A stretch of DNA of 64,000 bases, taken from Camelus dromedarius (Eukaryota). Under the pieces are notes generated by a model that made no database searches, had not been told where the DNA came from, and saw only the letters and a list, made by a program, of their open reading frames with translations. The position numbers were made by a program, and so were the translations under genes. This document shows, piece after piece, positions 49,215 to 60,964 of this stretch. Every line of letters begins with the position of its first letter. Positions within the stretch are counted from its first letter, which is position 1. The stretch lies in NCBI RefSeq assembly GCF_036321535.1, contig NC_087436.1:118918001-118982000 (forward strand), written 5' to 3'.

Positions 49215-52200
49215 AACCTTTGCCGGAATCCACTGTCCTTTTCTTTTTTCTTTATTTAGAAGTCTTTTCTGGTTGTGCCTGAGAATCAACAGGTGTCTGA
49301 ATTAAGTACAATTGCAGTTTGAGCCACAGGAGCGGAGCTGACGTTCTCGGTGAACAGCCCGGCGCCACGAGGCCAGGGCCCCTGCGGTGGCCGCGCCACC
49401 ACCCAGCTGGTCCCTCGTGTCTTACGAGCTGCGTAGCACACACGGTGATGATTATTTGTGAAACTCAAAGCACTGCAGAAAGGGCACGTCCATGGTTATT
49501 CATGGTTGGGTAGCAGCCACCCTGTACGGCAGTGCGTTTGTGAAACCGCCTCCTGTGACGGACGACATCAGCCGTCTAGAGGGACGAGCAGCTTGGGGTC
49601 CTGCAGCAAACTCAGTGCCCTTCGGTGGGGCGTGCAGCTGTCTGGGCCCCTCGCGCCTTTGGCTCCCTAGTGCCCCTGCCCCGTGTGGGTCCACTGCTTT
49701 GCTGGGGTCAGGAAACCTGGAGTCATTCACGTATTCTTTCCAGGGTTTGGAGACCTTGAGCTGATGGTTCGGGATGTGGCTGCCTCCCTCTTACGAGGAC
49801 TCTTACCTGGTGCAGCTGCCTCCCTGCGCCATTAACTCTTCCTATTTTATCCTTCTGCCCAGAAGCCCCGTCCCACCACCCCTTTGTGTTGAGAAGTGCT
49901 CAGGAGGGCAGCGCCCCTCTGGGCAGTGTGTTTGCTCCTGGGTTTCTTCCCCATAATGAGAGGAGGTTAAAGGTCAGCCCCACCCCCCAATCTGAGCTGG
50001 AGACTGTGGGAGGCCCTGAGATGTGTTCACAGTTCAGCTTCACCTCCCAGACTGCACACTGTTTGTCCCGAGGGCAGGGAGGCCGCTGGCTTTCTGAGTG
50101 AACACAGATGACCTCATTTGCTCCTCACCCTGCAGGAGGGAGGTACTGTCAACCCTGATCCACAGAAAACAGGTTCGGGAGGAGGTCACACTGGGTGTGA
50201 CCAGCAGAGCCAGGATTAGATGGAGATCTGCCCATCCCCTGTCCCCTGGGCCATGCTGTTACTCGGCACCCCAGCAGGGCCACCCCCTTGGAGCAGAGGG
50301 CAGTGCGGTCTCATGAGGATTGCCCCAGGCTGGTCATTCAGCACCTGTCCCTGGGCCCCAGTGTCCCAATCTGTAAAATGGTAAGTCTTGACTAGATCAG
50401 TGGTTTCATAACTACTTAGCACCGAAACCCTTTTTCAAAAGCTAAATGTGGTATGAAACTCCACAGTGAAAAGAGGGTTATTTGTCACCTCGGGTGCAAC
50501 ATACACAGCAGATGACAGGAGGCCAACTGGCTGGTCTGACTCCCTCCTCGAGGCCTCCCCAGCGGGTGACCTCGGGCAGATTCACGCTGTCCAGACCTCA
50601 GCTGCCTCTTCTGTAAACGGGGCTATGATAGGGCCTGCCCTGGTGGTGGTTTTAGGATTAAAGTAGTTAATTTTATTGCCAGGTGGTCAGAATAGTGCCA
50701 GGCACCAGTAAGTGCTCAGTAAACATTTGCGAATTTTAAAAATGTTGTTAAACTTTCATGGAACTTTGGAACCAGTTAAGAACCTCCATACAGGCCTCAC
50801 CAGAGGCACGGCCTCGCCAGCTTCTTCAAACCTCACCCTTGGTGGAAATAACCATGTTTTCTGATCAGAGCTGATCCGAGTGGCTTAATCCCAACCGCGG
50901 GCCTGGTGTCCTGACACTCTGTCTATACTGCCTTCCCCGCCACCACACACCCCAGGACACTCGGTCCTGCCTTTCTCCCTGCAGCATGGGTTTAATTCCT
51001 CCCAGCCACCCGCCCAGAAAAGGTTGGCTAACGTGTGTGACGTACTGTCTAAAACAGTCCTTATTTAACTTAACTAATGAGCTTTGAATGGATTCCCTGC
51101 TGCCCTGAAACAAATATTTACTTCACTGAGATGCTGAGCAGGACGCTGTAATCCCACAGCCTGAGTCAAATCTATGTCTCACCCTCAGGAAAATCACACA
51201 GGTCGGATGTGAGTGGGCCTCGATTCACAGTCAGAAGTGCCCTCTTTCCTTCAGACACAGGAAGCTGTGGGAGCCCAGAGAGGGGGGAGCTTCAGCCTGG
51301 GGTGGGAGATGGGGCCACGAAGGCTTCTGGGGGATGTGGGGTTTCCCCCATTTTAGTCACAAGGGGAGGGATTGGGTTTGGAGGTCAGGACGCCCACTGG
51401 AGCCTCAGGCATCACCCAGGATCCCAAGAGATTCCTGAGGACAATTTAAGGTCCAAAGGCCGGGCTGGAGTGGGTCTCTGTCCTGCAGGCCAGCTGGAGC
51501 CCCTCTGGGCTCTGAAGCCAGGGCCCAGGGAAGGTCAGGGCTGAACTCTGGGAAGATGGTTTTGGGGACACTTTGAGGCACAGCGTGGAGAAAAGAGACA
51601 GTGGAAGGGCCGTCCCCTCTTCCCAGCAGACCTAGCTGGCGGTGGCCCCTCAGTGCTAGAGACTGCTGCTTGGGATGGTTTCCATGGAGCCGTAAACATC
51701 AGAATACATTTGCCCCCTGTGGTCCCGAGGATCCCTGGCTGCTCGCCCCCTCCTTTCCTGTTGATAAACAGGCTGCTGCCTGCCGGGCCCAGGACCAGGT
51801 GTTGGGCGCAGGGAGGGATTTGCAGAGCTTAGCCTGCTGGAAGCAAAGGCTCCTGCTCCCAGGAGCTGGCCGCCACCCTCTGCGACGGGGGACGGACCCA
51901 GGTTTCTGAGCACCACCGTGGGGCCAGCACTTTGTTTACGTGAGGCCACTTGGTCCTTGGAACTAGGTCCCATGACCCCCACCTCCAACGTCTCACATGT
52001 GAGAATTGTGAATGGGTCCCGTTCATGCTGTGTGGACTTGCCTGAAGCCACAAGGCCAGGAGGTGGCAGAGCTGGGATGGGGCCCAAGCCTGTTCTTTTG
52101 ACAAAGCCATGGAGAAACCACCCTTTTCCTGGGGCTTAAATTCCCTCTTCAGAACACTGCCCGGAGGGACTGCCCTGGGACCTGCCACCATCCGGTCATC

Positions 52201-53175
52201 CCATGTCAGAGCGGCTGGCCTGCAGGCTTCATCCTCTGGGGCTTCGGGGAACCTGGCGGGGCTGCGGGGGTAGGGAGCAGGGGGTCGGTCTCAGGATGTG
52301 TCTGTGAAGCAATTTCCGCATCCGTGCTGCTCAGAGACATCCCAGTTAAAGCCTGGAGAGGGTCTGGTGCCAGAATTTCCCGTGCAGTGCAGTGAGACCC
52401 CCACTTCCGAGTGCCCCAGAGGGGCATTCCTTTCTGGACACTGCACTGTCCATCCTCTGGGGGGGTGGACAATAGGATCAGAAAGGCTGCCCTCCCCTTG
52501 TGGGCATGCTGCTGAAGACCACCTCTTCAATGTGCAGTTACTCAAACGCTCTTTTCCATGTTTTCACTTCCGTTCCTGTATCTCCATCACTGCAAAAACT
52601 CACATTTCTGCAGGTACCATTTCCAGATGGCCCGCCAAGCAGGACCTTGTCTGTCTTAAACTTGCCGTGAGGCCAGCAGAATCCTTTAACCGTCCCCAGC
52701 TCCTGATCCGCACGTCCGGGTGTCAGGATGAAATCAATACCCGCCTGCTGTCACAGAGGTAAACCTCCCTGCGAAGCCCTGGGAGAGGGCACCGCACCTG
52801 ACAGGGTCTCCACCTGGAGGCCTGCGCTGCTTTGCCATTATGAAAAAATGAACATTCGTTTGTTCAGCAAGTGTTGAGCACCTACAGTGTGCTGTGCTTT
52901 TCTCAGGCACAGGGGTTGCAACAGTGAACAGAACAGTCCCCATGTGGGTGGGGCTGGTGTTTCCAGGGGGAGATGGACCACCAGCCAATAATAAGGTGAC
53001 ATAATGCCAGGCAGAGATAGGAGCCAGGATCACCTGCCGTGAGCGCTTTAGATGCTTCTGTCCAATTTGCCAGCGTTCATGGAGTGCCTACTGAGTGCTG
53101 GATGCCGAATGTGTGTTTTCTCCTTTAACCATCATGGCAGGCATCATGAGATAGACATTTCCATTTTGAAGATGC

Positions 53176-53597
53176 TGTGGGTGGAACAGTGGCCCTCAGA
53201 GATGTCCATGTGCTCATCCCCTCAACAAGGCAAAGGGACTTGGCAGGTGGCTTAAGGATTTTGAGATGGGAGATAATTTTGAATTATCTAGGTGGACCCA
53301 ATGTAACCGCAAGGGTCCTTATGAGAGAGAGGCAGGAGAGTCAGAGTCAGAGACAGATGGAAGGTGGAGGAGGGGCCATGAACCAGGGAATGCAGGTGCC
53401 TCTAGAACCTGGAAATGGCAAGGAACGGATTCTCTCCTGGAGCCCCTAGAGGGAACCATCCCTGCCTACCTCTTGATTTTAGCCCAGTATGTCCCCCTTT
53501 CAAGTTCTGACCTCTGGAATGGTAAGGTAGCAAGTTAGTATTGTTTGGGGTCACTAAGTATGAGATAACGTTATAGCAGCTTCAGGGAACTCATACA
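53176..53597 (+). mobile_element. MaLR solo LTR (MLT1D-like)
   Basis: ggcaaagggacttggcagg...ttaaggattttgagatgggagat...tctagaacctggaaatggcaaggaacggattctctcctggagcc...gggaactcataca. Confidence 0.8.
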
Positions 53598-54957
53598 GTC
53601 CAGCTGTCACAGCCTAGTCTTGGAGATGGGATTCAAGCCACCCTGCTGGCCTCTGCTCAGCTGCTTCCTGGGCTCCATGGAATAGTCTGAAGTTCTTTTT
53701 CTGGAGTTGAGGCTGGAGTACCCACGGATGGCAATACAGAGTGGGGAGGAGCGTGGCTGTCTTCCCGTTACACACAGCCCGTTACAAGGGGACAGAGAGC
53801 TCTGTGTTCTGAGGGCAGGTGCCCTTGAAGGCTGGAAATTCCCAGAGGCCTCAACCCTTTCTGCACATAGGGGCAGAATGGGGCATAAATTATATGTGAG
53901 ATGGATGCATAAAAAAATAAAATGCATACAGTAGTTACTTTTAGAAAGGAGCAAAAAGAATATATTTGGATATCCTTAAAAGGGCACCTAACTATGTTTT
54001 TTTATAATAAAATGTTGGGACAAAAAGCACCCTGCAATCTTTGCCTGTTTGTACACCTAACCACCCAAATGTTAAAGTGTCCTTGGGAACTTGCTTAAGT
54101 CACTATCTTAAAAGTAATAGCAGCCAAATTCTCCACCATGGTGTGGGATCGGTCTCCAGGCGGATCTGAGCGCCCGCCTCTACACCTGCTGTTCACATCG
54201 GTCCGTCTCCTTTGCCCAGTTCTGTTGGTGGACTTCTGTCCCCTCAAACGCTCTGACCCAAGCCTGGGCCAAAACTTGCCCTGGGTTCCCTGTTACTCAC
54301 CTGAGCCAGGACTGGGACGGCAATGCACAGCACGGTGAGTCCCGCTGGCTTACGAGGTACCCCCACTCCAGGTCCCCCGGCCACCGCTCGCTCCCCCAGG
54401 GTCCTGTGGGGAGGGGCTCAGCCCAGCCCTCTTTGCCTGTTTCCCATCACCCTCTGGGTTAGAAGCACCTGCCTGGACGCGACAGAGCCCTCGGGCTCTC
54501 CCTCCCCTGTCCCACTTTCCCTTCTTTCTCGACCCTTTCCCATCCGGCTTCAAGGCAGAAGCCCTTGTCGACACCCTACAAGATGAAAAGCCCTAACAAC
54601 ACTACGTCGAGGTGAAGCCAGCATCCTCACCTGCTCAGTCTCACCCCCGCCTCCCCCAGCCACTGGGCGCCCGGCCTCGCTGCTGCCCTCGCCCCAGCAC
54701 CAGCCTTACTGCCAGGGCTGCTGACCGCCCCCCGCAGCTGGAACCCAGGGAGAGGGAAGTGGTGGGCTCTAACTTCTGGGCCCAGGGACACTTCTTGGGC
54801 CTTGGCTAATGCCCCAGTCCCTCTGTTTCTTCCTTAATCCGGGACCTGGGTACTCATCTTCCTTTTCACTTCTGGCTGCATCCCCCATTCCGTCCCTGGG
54901 AATTCCCTCCCACACTGGTGCCCGAGGACCCAGTCAGCCACCCCAGATCCCTCTTGA

Positions 54958-55552
54958 TTGTTGCTCTGGCCAAGACAGGCCAGGCTCTTTGCTGGTGACC
55001 AGGCCGCCTAAGTGTAAGCAGCTTCTGGCAGGAAAGAGCTCTTTGCAGGAGGCCCCTTTTCTTGTTTCCTTAGCAAAGCTCTATTGTCACTACCCGTAAA
55101 CCAGGCACCCCCATTCTCTACTTACCCTAGCACACCTTTCAGATCCTTTGAATCCTTGGTCATGTAAGCTGCTTTGGACAGGAAAGAGCTTTTTGCAGGA
55201 GGCACGTTTTGTCTTGTTACTAACCTTAAACCTGGCACTCCATGCCCTATTCACCCCTGACCCAAGCACAGTTTTCAAATCTCGATCACACAATACCGTG
55301 CCTAAACTGTCACTTCTTTCCGTTAATCAAAGAAGTAGAAATGCAGAATAAGAAATTGACAGATGACCAGGTCTCCTCCCTGGCTTCCCCTTCAGTCATC
55401 TCGTGAACAAACTCTGTGAACAAGACAGCGTCTAAAGAAAGTCATAGGAAGTTGACAAGCCTGCACGCGGTGAGGCGTGGCAACGACTCTGACCCCTGTT
55501 TCAATGATTAACTGAGATTATGTCCCCTTTCCCTTTAAAAACTTTCACGGCC
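54958..55552 (+). mobile_element. 3'-truncated ERV LTR (U3 with internal direct repeats)
   Basis: Internal repeat tgtaagc...caggaaagagct(c/t)tttgcaggaggc at ~55013 and ~55163. Ends after a TATA-like ccctttaaaaactttcacggcc and abuts a MIR-like sequence. Confidence 0.55.
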
Positions 55553-57219
55553 ACAAGGATATTCTTGTTCTATCTACCCCACCCCACAAGGTAGGGACTG
55601 TCATTCTCCACGTTTGTGGATGAGAAAACAGTGTGGTGAGGGTAGGTAACGGCCCCAGATCCACAGCTGCCGTCAAAGTCAGGATGTGAATCCCTGAGCC
55701 TGGGTCCAGGGTCCTCCCTCTCAGCCACTTAGCCTCAGTGCTGCTCGCCTAGAGGGCACCCAGAAAATATTTGTTGAATGAACAGATGAATGCTTAACCA
55801 GGTTTGCAAAGATAAATGGTGAGGTTAGTTCTTATTTGGCACATTTATAAATAATGCAGTTATTTGCACTTCTCATAGGCTTTGCATGTGTATTAAATGA
55901 ATAAGTCATTTTTCCAAACATTCATCTCTGTTTTGCATGTTTGGACATCTTTTAGCATAATTTGAATAACAGATTCCTTTCCATTTTTATTTTAACCTTT
56001 GTCCTAATATTACTGCCTTTTGCGGATTTTCAGTCCCTCTCCAAAATTCATCATGTCATTTGAGTGTGTGGGCCTCGTGCAGAATTCTAACAGCATCCAG
56101 ATAGAGATAATGGGGCTTTGTTTTTTTTTTTTTAAAGGCCATGGCTGTTTGAAATGAATCACTCAGGGGCTTAGGCAATTATTTTGAGCTCTAAAAGCTT
56201 CTTGGTTGCTAGGAAACCACCCCTCGAAGCTGGGAAGCCTTTGTTAAAGTTTTCATCCAGAGACTGAACTTCTTCTGCAGGTCCTGACCTAGCCTGAGGT
56301 TCCAGGCTGTGGAGTTAGTTCCCAGCAGAGGAGGACCAGGAGCAGTGGCCCAGAAACATCGCTCAGGGATCACCCGCTGGGACCTGAGGTGGTCCAAGTG
56401 GCAGAGAGCCCAGGACCCAGTTTGGGGACACGGCGCCTGAGAGCGGGTCCTGGCTGCAGCACTCCCAAGTCTGTAGACTTGGACAAGGTGCTCACCCCTC
56501 TTTGGGCCTCAGTTTCCTTCTTTGTAAAATGAGGAAATCATAGCATCTTCTTTTATGGTGACCATGCAGAGATGTACACAAAGCTCTCGGCTTGGTGCCT
56601 GGTAGAGCATGTGGCTCAGAAGGGCCCACTCATAGTACAATAATGATGCAAAATGTGGCGGGAAAGAATCTGATGGGGTGACTGGGCAGCTCACCAAGCA
56701 GCCCACACTTCAGGCCAAGGCTTCAGGATGTAGCCCAGGGCGTGTCAGGAGCCTCAGAGCCTTCAGGGCTCAGGGGAGACAGGGTGACAGAATGTTTTCA
56801 TCTGAGTGGGCAATGGTCTGTAGATGGTTCAGTTCTGGAGAGGGGAGGAGAGTTGATGAATTTGATGACAGTTTGATTTCATGGCCCCTGGAGGGCTCCC
56901 TCTGTGGCCTGACCACAGCTCAGCCCAGGGCCTGGCTTGGAGTAGGGGGCCTGTCCACCAGCAGCTCTCCCAGGTCCCTGGCCCTCTGGGAGACCCGCTC
57001 ACCTGTCTGTGCCACCATCTGGCTGCTAGCCCCTGAGCATTGCCCGGAGTTCCCAGCAGGGTCCCGTCGTGGCCGCCCTCAAGAAAGGCAGCGTGGAGGC
57101 CAATTTGCCTTTGCTGTGCAAACTTAGGCAAGTGCTTGGACCTCTCTGGGGTCCTCATCTGAGAAAGCAGACAGGAATCTGCTGAGCGGGTTGGCTGCCA
57201 GATCAGAATGAAGGTACTG

Positions 57220-57650
57220 TGTGTATTCCATTCCAAGCGCCACTGAGACAAATGATCGAAAACTGAGTGGCTTTAAACAACACACTTAGTCTCCTACAGT
57301 CTGAGAGTCAGAAGCCTCACACGGTCTCACTGGACCGAAAGCAAGCTGTCGGCAGGGCTGGGCTCCTTCCGGAAGCTCTAGGGGAGAAGCCATTTCCTTG
57401 CCTCTTCCAGCTTCTGACGCCACGTTCCTTGGCCTGTGGCTTCTTCCTCCATCTTCAGAGCCAGCGACGGCAGGTGGAGTCCTCATGTCACGTCTCTGAT
57501 TCTTTTTCCTTTGCCACATCTCCCTGAGTATGGCCAACAGAGGCTCTCCACGCTCTGGGACTCATCTGACTGTTTGGTCCCTCCTGGATAACCCAGATCC
57601 GCTCTCCATCTCAAGGTCCGTGACCTTCATCACACCCGCAAAGTCCCAGG
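57220..57650 (-). mobile_element. MaLR solo LTR (MLT1-like)
   Basis: aaactgagtggctttaaacaacac...ggaagctctaggggagaagccatttccttgcctcttccagcttct...ccatctcaaggtcc. Confidence 0.7.
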
Positions 57651-58149
57651 GTGGGGCTGAGGCCGCGATACTGTCCCCATCCTTTGGGCATCTGCCACCT
57701 GCCTGTGCTTGCACCATCTGAGTTTGAGTCCAGACTGCACCACTCACAAGTTCTATGAATTTCTGCACAAGTTAAATCTTAATCTCTCTAAGCCTCAGTT
57801 TCTTAATGTGGAGATGAGTACAACAGTAGTACCCCCACCACCTCAAAGGGGGTCACACGAAGCCTAAACGAGATACTGCCCATGAAGCCCCCACACAGGG
57901 GGGCCACATGGTTCAATAATGTACTTTCATTACCTCGCTGGACATCCCAGCTGACAAGTGGCGTCGCCCTCTATTCACATGTGCAGTTCAGGGAGGTTAG
58001 CCCCGTGTCCTGGGTCGCACAGCCAAGAAGCGACGTTCTTTATGCTCTGCCCTGGGGTGGTGTGGTTGATGGACAACTTAGCCAATGAAAGTCCTGCCAG
58101 CAGAGCCCCAGAGCAGCTGCTGCCTTCCTCCTGCTGGGCTGTAAGTTAA

Positions 58150-58795
58150 ATAATGCCCTGTTGAAATGCTTTGAAATCAAGGAAAGAAAAAGGATGAGCA
58201 AAAAAGAGAGAAAAAAAAAAAAACTAAAATGGAAATCTATCACACTTGGAAATTAGCTACAGGAAACAATATAGTTATCTATTAAAGCTTATTTAAAAAA
58301 TTAAACTATATGAAAATTAAAAATATACAAATTAAAACAATAATGAGATTATTTTGCCCATTTGGCAATGATTGTTAAACTTTATTATTTTGACCCCATC
58401 AGCTGATGGGAGCATAAAATGATAGAATTTTTTTAAAGCAATTTGATAAATTTATCAAAAGCTTAAAACATGATCATATTCCTTGACACAGTTGTCACAG
58501 TACTTAGATTTAATCCTGAAGAAAATCAGCAATATAGAGAAATCCTTGTAGCATTATTTACACCACGGAAAGTGTATAGCAAACTCCCCAGAGAGAATGA
58601 ATTTTAAATTAATTGGTTTTTATTTACACAGTTGGATGCCATGTAACCATTAAAAATTATATCCTCAAGAACAAAGATAAATACATACGACATTCCTAAA
58701 TTAAAAAAAATTTGATTCTCATTTTTATGTTAAAAATTCAAATTTTAAGAGTTTTAAATGGCTGCAAATAAATACACCAATGCACATTAAAAAAA
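58150..58795 (+). mobile_element. Decayed ancient L1 3' remnant
   Basis: A-rich tract with caaattaaaacaataatgagat and gcaatttgataaatttatcaaaagcttaaa, matching old L1 ORF2-end motifs. Confidence 0.5.
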
Positions 58796-59132
58796 ATGTC
58801 CTCTTGAAAGTGGAGAGGCTGGGCCTGGGCTCCCAGGAGGGTGAGGGGAAGCCACGGGGTGCAGGAAGCACTCCCCCACACTGGCTTAGCATCTCTCTGG
58901 CTTCCAGAACTAATTCAGATGCCCTGTAGTCGGGCCCCTCCCAGCTCCCGTTCCTGGGACACTGGGACACCTGTGTGGTGGCGCTGCTAGGGGAGCTGTA
59001 TTAGGAGTTAACAGGGCCAAACTCGAAACTCAGTTCCAACACGTGCTAGCTGTGTGATCTTGAGCCAATTCCTTAACCTCTCTGAACCTCAATTCCTCCC
59101 CTGTACCATAGTCTAAAGTTGGATGTGAGGGT

Positions 59133-60590
59133 TGAGAAATGAAATTCATATTTTATGGCAAGCCAAGAAAAGTTTAAACATCCAAAATTCTTCTCTGCCC
59201 TTTGGCCCCCTCGCTGCTCCACTGTGCACTGCGTACCTGCATGATGTGTGGAGAAAACCTTCCCCACAGGCAGGGATGCCTGCTCAGCCGTAAAGAGCAA
59301 TGTGCTCTCAGCATCAACAAGACAGCTCCTTAAAAGGTAACATTCCTTCCTGATCTTACAAGCGGTCATATGACCCACAGGATGACGCTTAGATCTGGGT
59401 TATGTAAAATGTCAATAATACATCATTTGAGTAAAAAAACAAAACCCAATCCAAAAATGCACTGAAGACCCAAATAAGCAATTCTCCAATGGCCAATAGG
59501 CACATGAAAAAATGCTCAGTATCGCTAATTATCAGAGAAATGCAAATCAAAACTACAATGCGGTATCACCTCACACCAGTTAGAATGGCCATCATTAACA
59601 AATCCACAAAAAATAAATGCTGGAGAGGGTGTGGAGAAAAGGGAACCCTCTTACACTGTTGGTGGGAATGTAATTTGGTGCAGCCATTATGGAAAACAGC
59701 ATGGAGATTCCTCAAAAAACTAAAAATAGACTTACCCTGTGATCCAGCAATCCCACTCCTGGACATATATCTGGAGGGGACTCCAATTTGAAAAGATACA
59801 TGCACCCCAATGTTCATAGTAGCACTATTCCCAATAGCCAGGACATGGAAGAAACTTAATGTCCATTGACAGATGACTGGATAAAGAAGCTGTGGTATAT
59901 TTATACAAAGGAATACTATTCAGCCATAAAAAAGAATAAAATAATGTCATTTGCAGCAACATGGATGGACCTAGAGATCATCATTCTAAGTGAAGTAAGC
60001 CAGAAAGAGAAAGAAAAATACCATATGATATCACTCATATGTGGAATCCAAAAAAAGAGAAAAAAAGGGCACTGATGAACTCAACTACAAAACAGAAACA
60101 GACTCACAGACATAGTAAACAATCATGGTTACTGAGGGAAAGGGTGAGGGAAGGGATAAATTTGGGAGTTCGAGATTTACAAATGTTAGCCACTATACAT
60201 AAAAATAGATTAAAAAAACCAAATTTCTTCTGTATAGCACAGGAACTATATTCAATATCTTGTAATAACCTTTAATGAAAAAGAACATGAAAACAAATAT
60301 ATGTGTATATAAATATATATATATATATATACACATGACTGGGACATTGTGCTGTACACCAGAAATTGACACATTATAACTGATTTTAATTTAAAATAAA
60401 AAAAAATGTCATTTGGTGTACATACAGCCCTCTGTCTCAAAAAACTTACACAACTGTTCCTTGATTTCTAACAGGTGGAACAGTCCTCAGAGCTTTCTGA
60501 GATGCACTTCCCGGGTTATAATCCTCAAATTTGGCTCAAATTAAAATTTCTGTTTCTTTCTTAGATTGACTGATTAATTTTTCGTTGACA
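59133..60590 (+). mobile_element. Solo ERV1-like LTR with perfect 4-bp TSD, interrupted by an L1
   Basis: tgagaaatg...ttcgttgaca termini, TSD gggt at 59129-59132 and 60591-60594, ATTAAA at ~60540. It sits inside a MIR. Confidence 0.75.
59431..60405 (+). mobile_element. 5'-truncated L1 (ORF2 C-terminus, 3' UTR, poly-A)
   Basis: [39 protein letters not shown]...[28 protein letters not shown] (L1 ORF2 Cys-rich end), (TA)n tract and A-tail at ~60393-60406. Confidence 0.92.
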
Positions 60591-60964
60591 GGGTCAACAA
60601 AAGATCATGGGAGAGTATAAGAATATCTGGAAATCATGGCAGGCTGTGCTCACTTGCTTCAAAACAAAACAAAACAGCTGTCATTTACTGAGCGCTTACC
60701 TGCCAGCTTCTGTGCTTTGCAGACCATATCCAATTTAATTTCACTCCTCTCCCAACACGCTCAAACTACGAGGTCGGTAATAATCATTAGCTCCATTTCC
60801 TTGGTGATGAAATCAGGGCTCCGAAAGGTTAAAAGCTGCATTAGGAGCTGGAGGTAGGAAACCCTGGAGGTGAACCCGGCTTCCCACATGTACCCCTTGG
60901 CTCTGGATTGGGGACCCACCACCCCGGGGTTAGCCTCATTAAACACAAAGAGCATTCTGAGACT

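Larger units (their letters stand above)
48489..49235 (+). other. WFS1: WFS1 3' UTR
   Basis: Runs from the stop codon to just past AATAAA. Exact 3' end inferred. Confidence 0.75.

Noticed and set aside
59489..60075. ORFs resembling L1 ORF2 protein (also 8694-8888 and 1237-1455)
   Set aside because: They are 5'-truncated, stop-interrupted L1 fragments, not genes.
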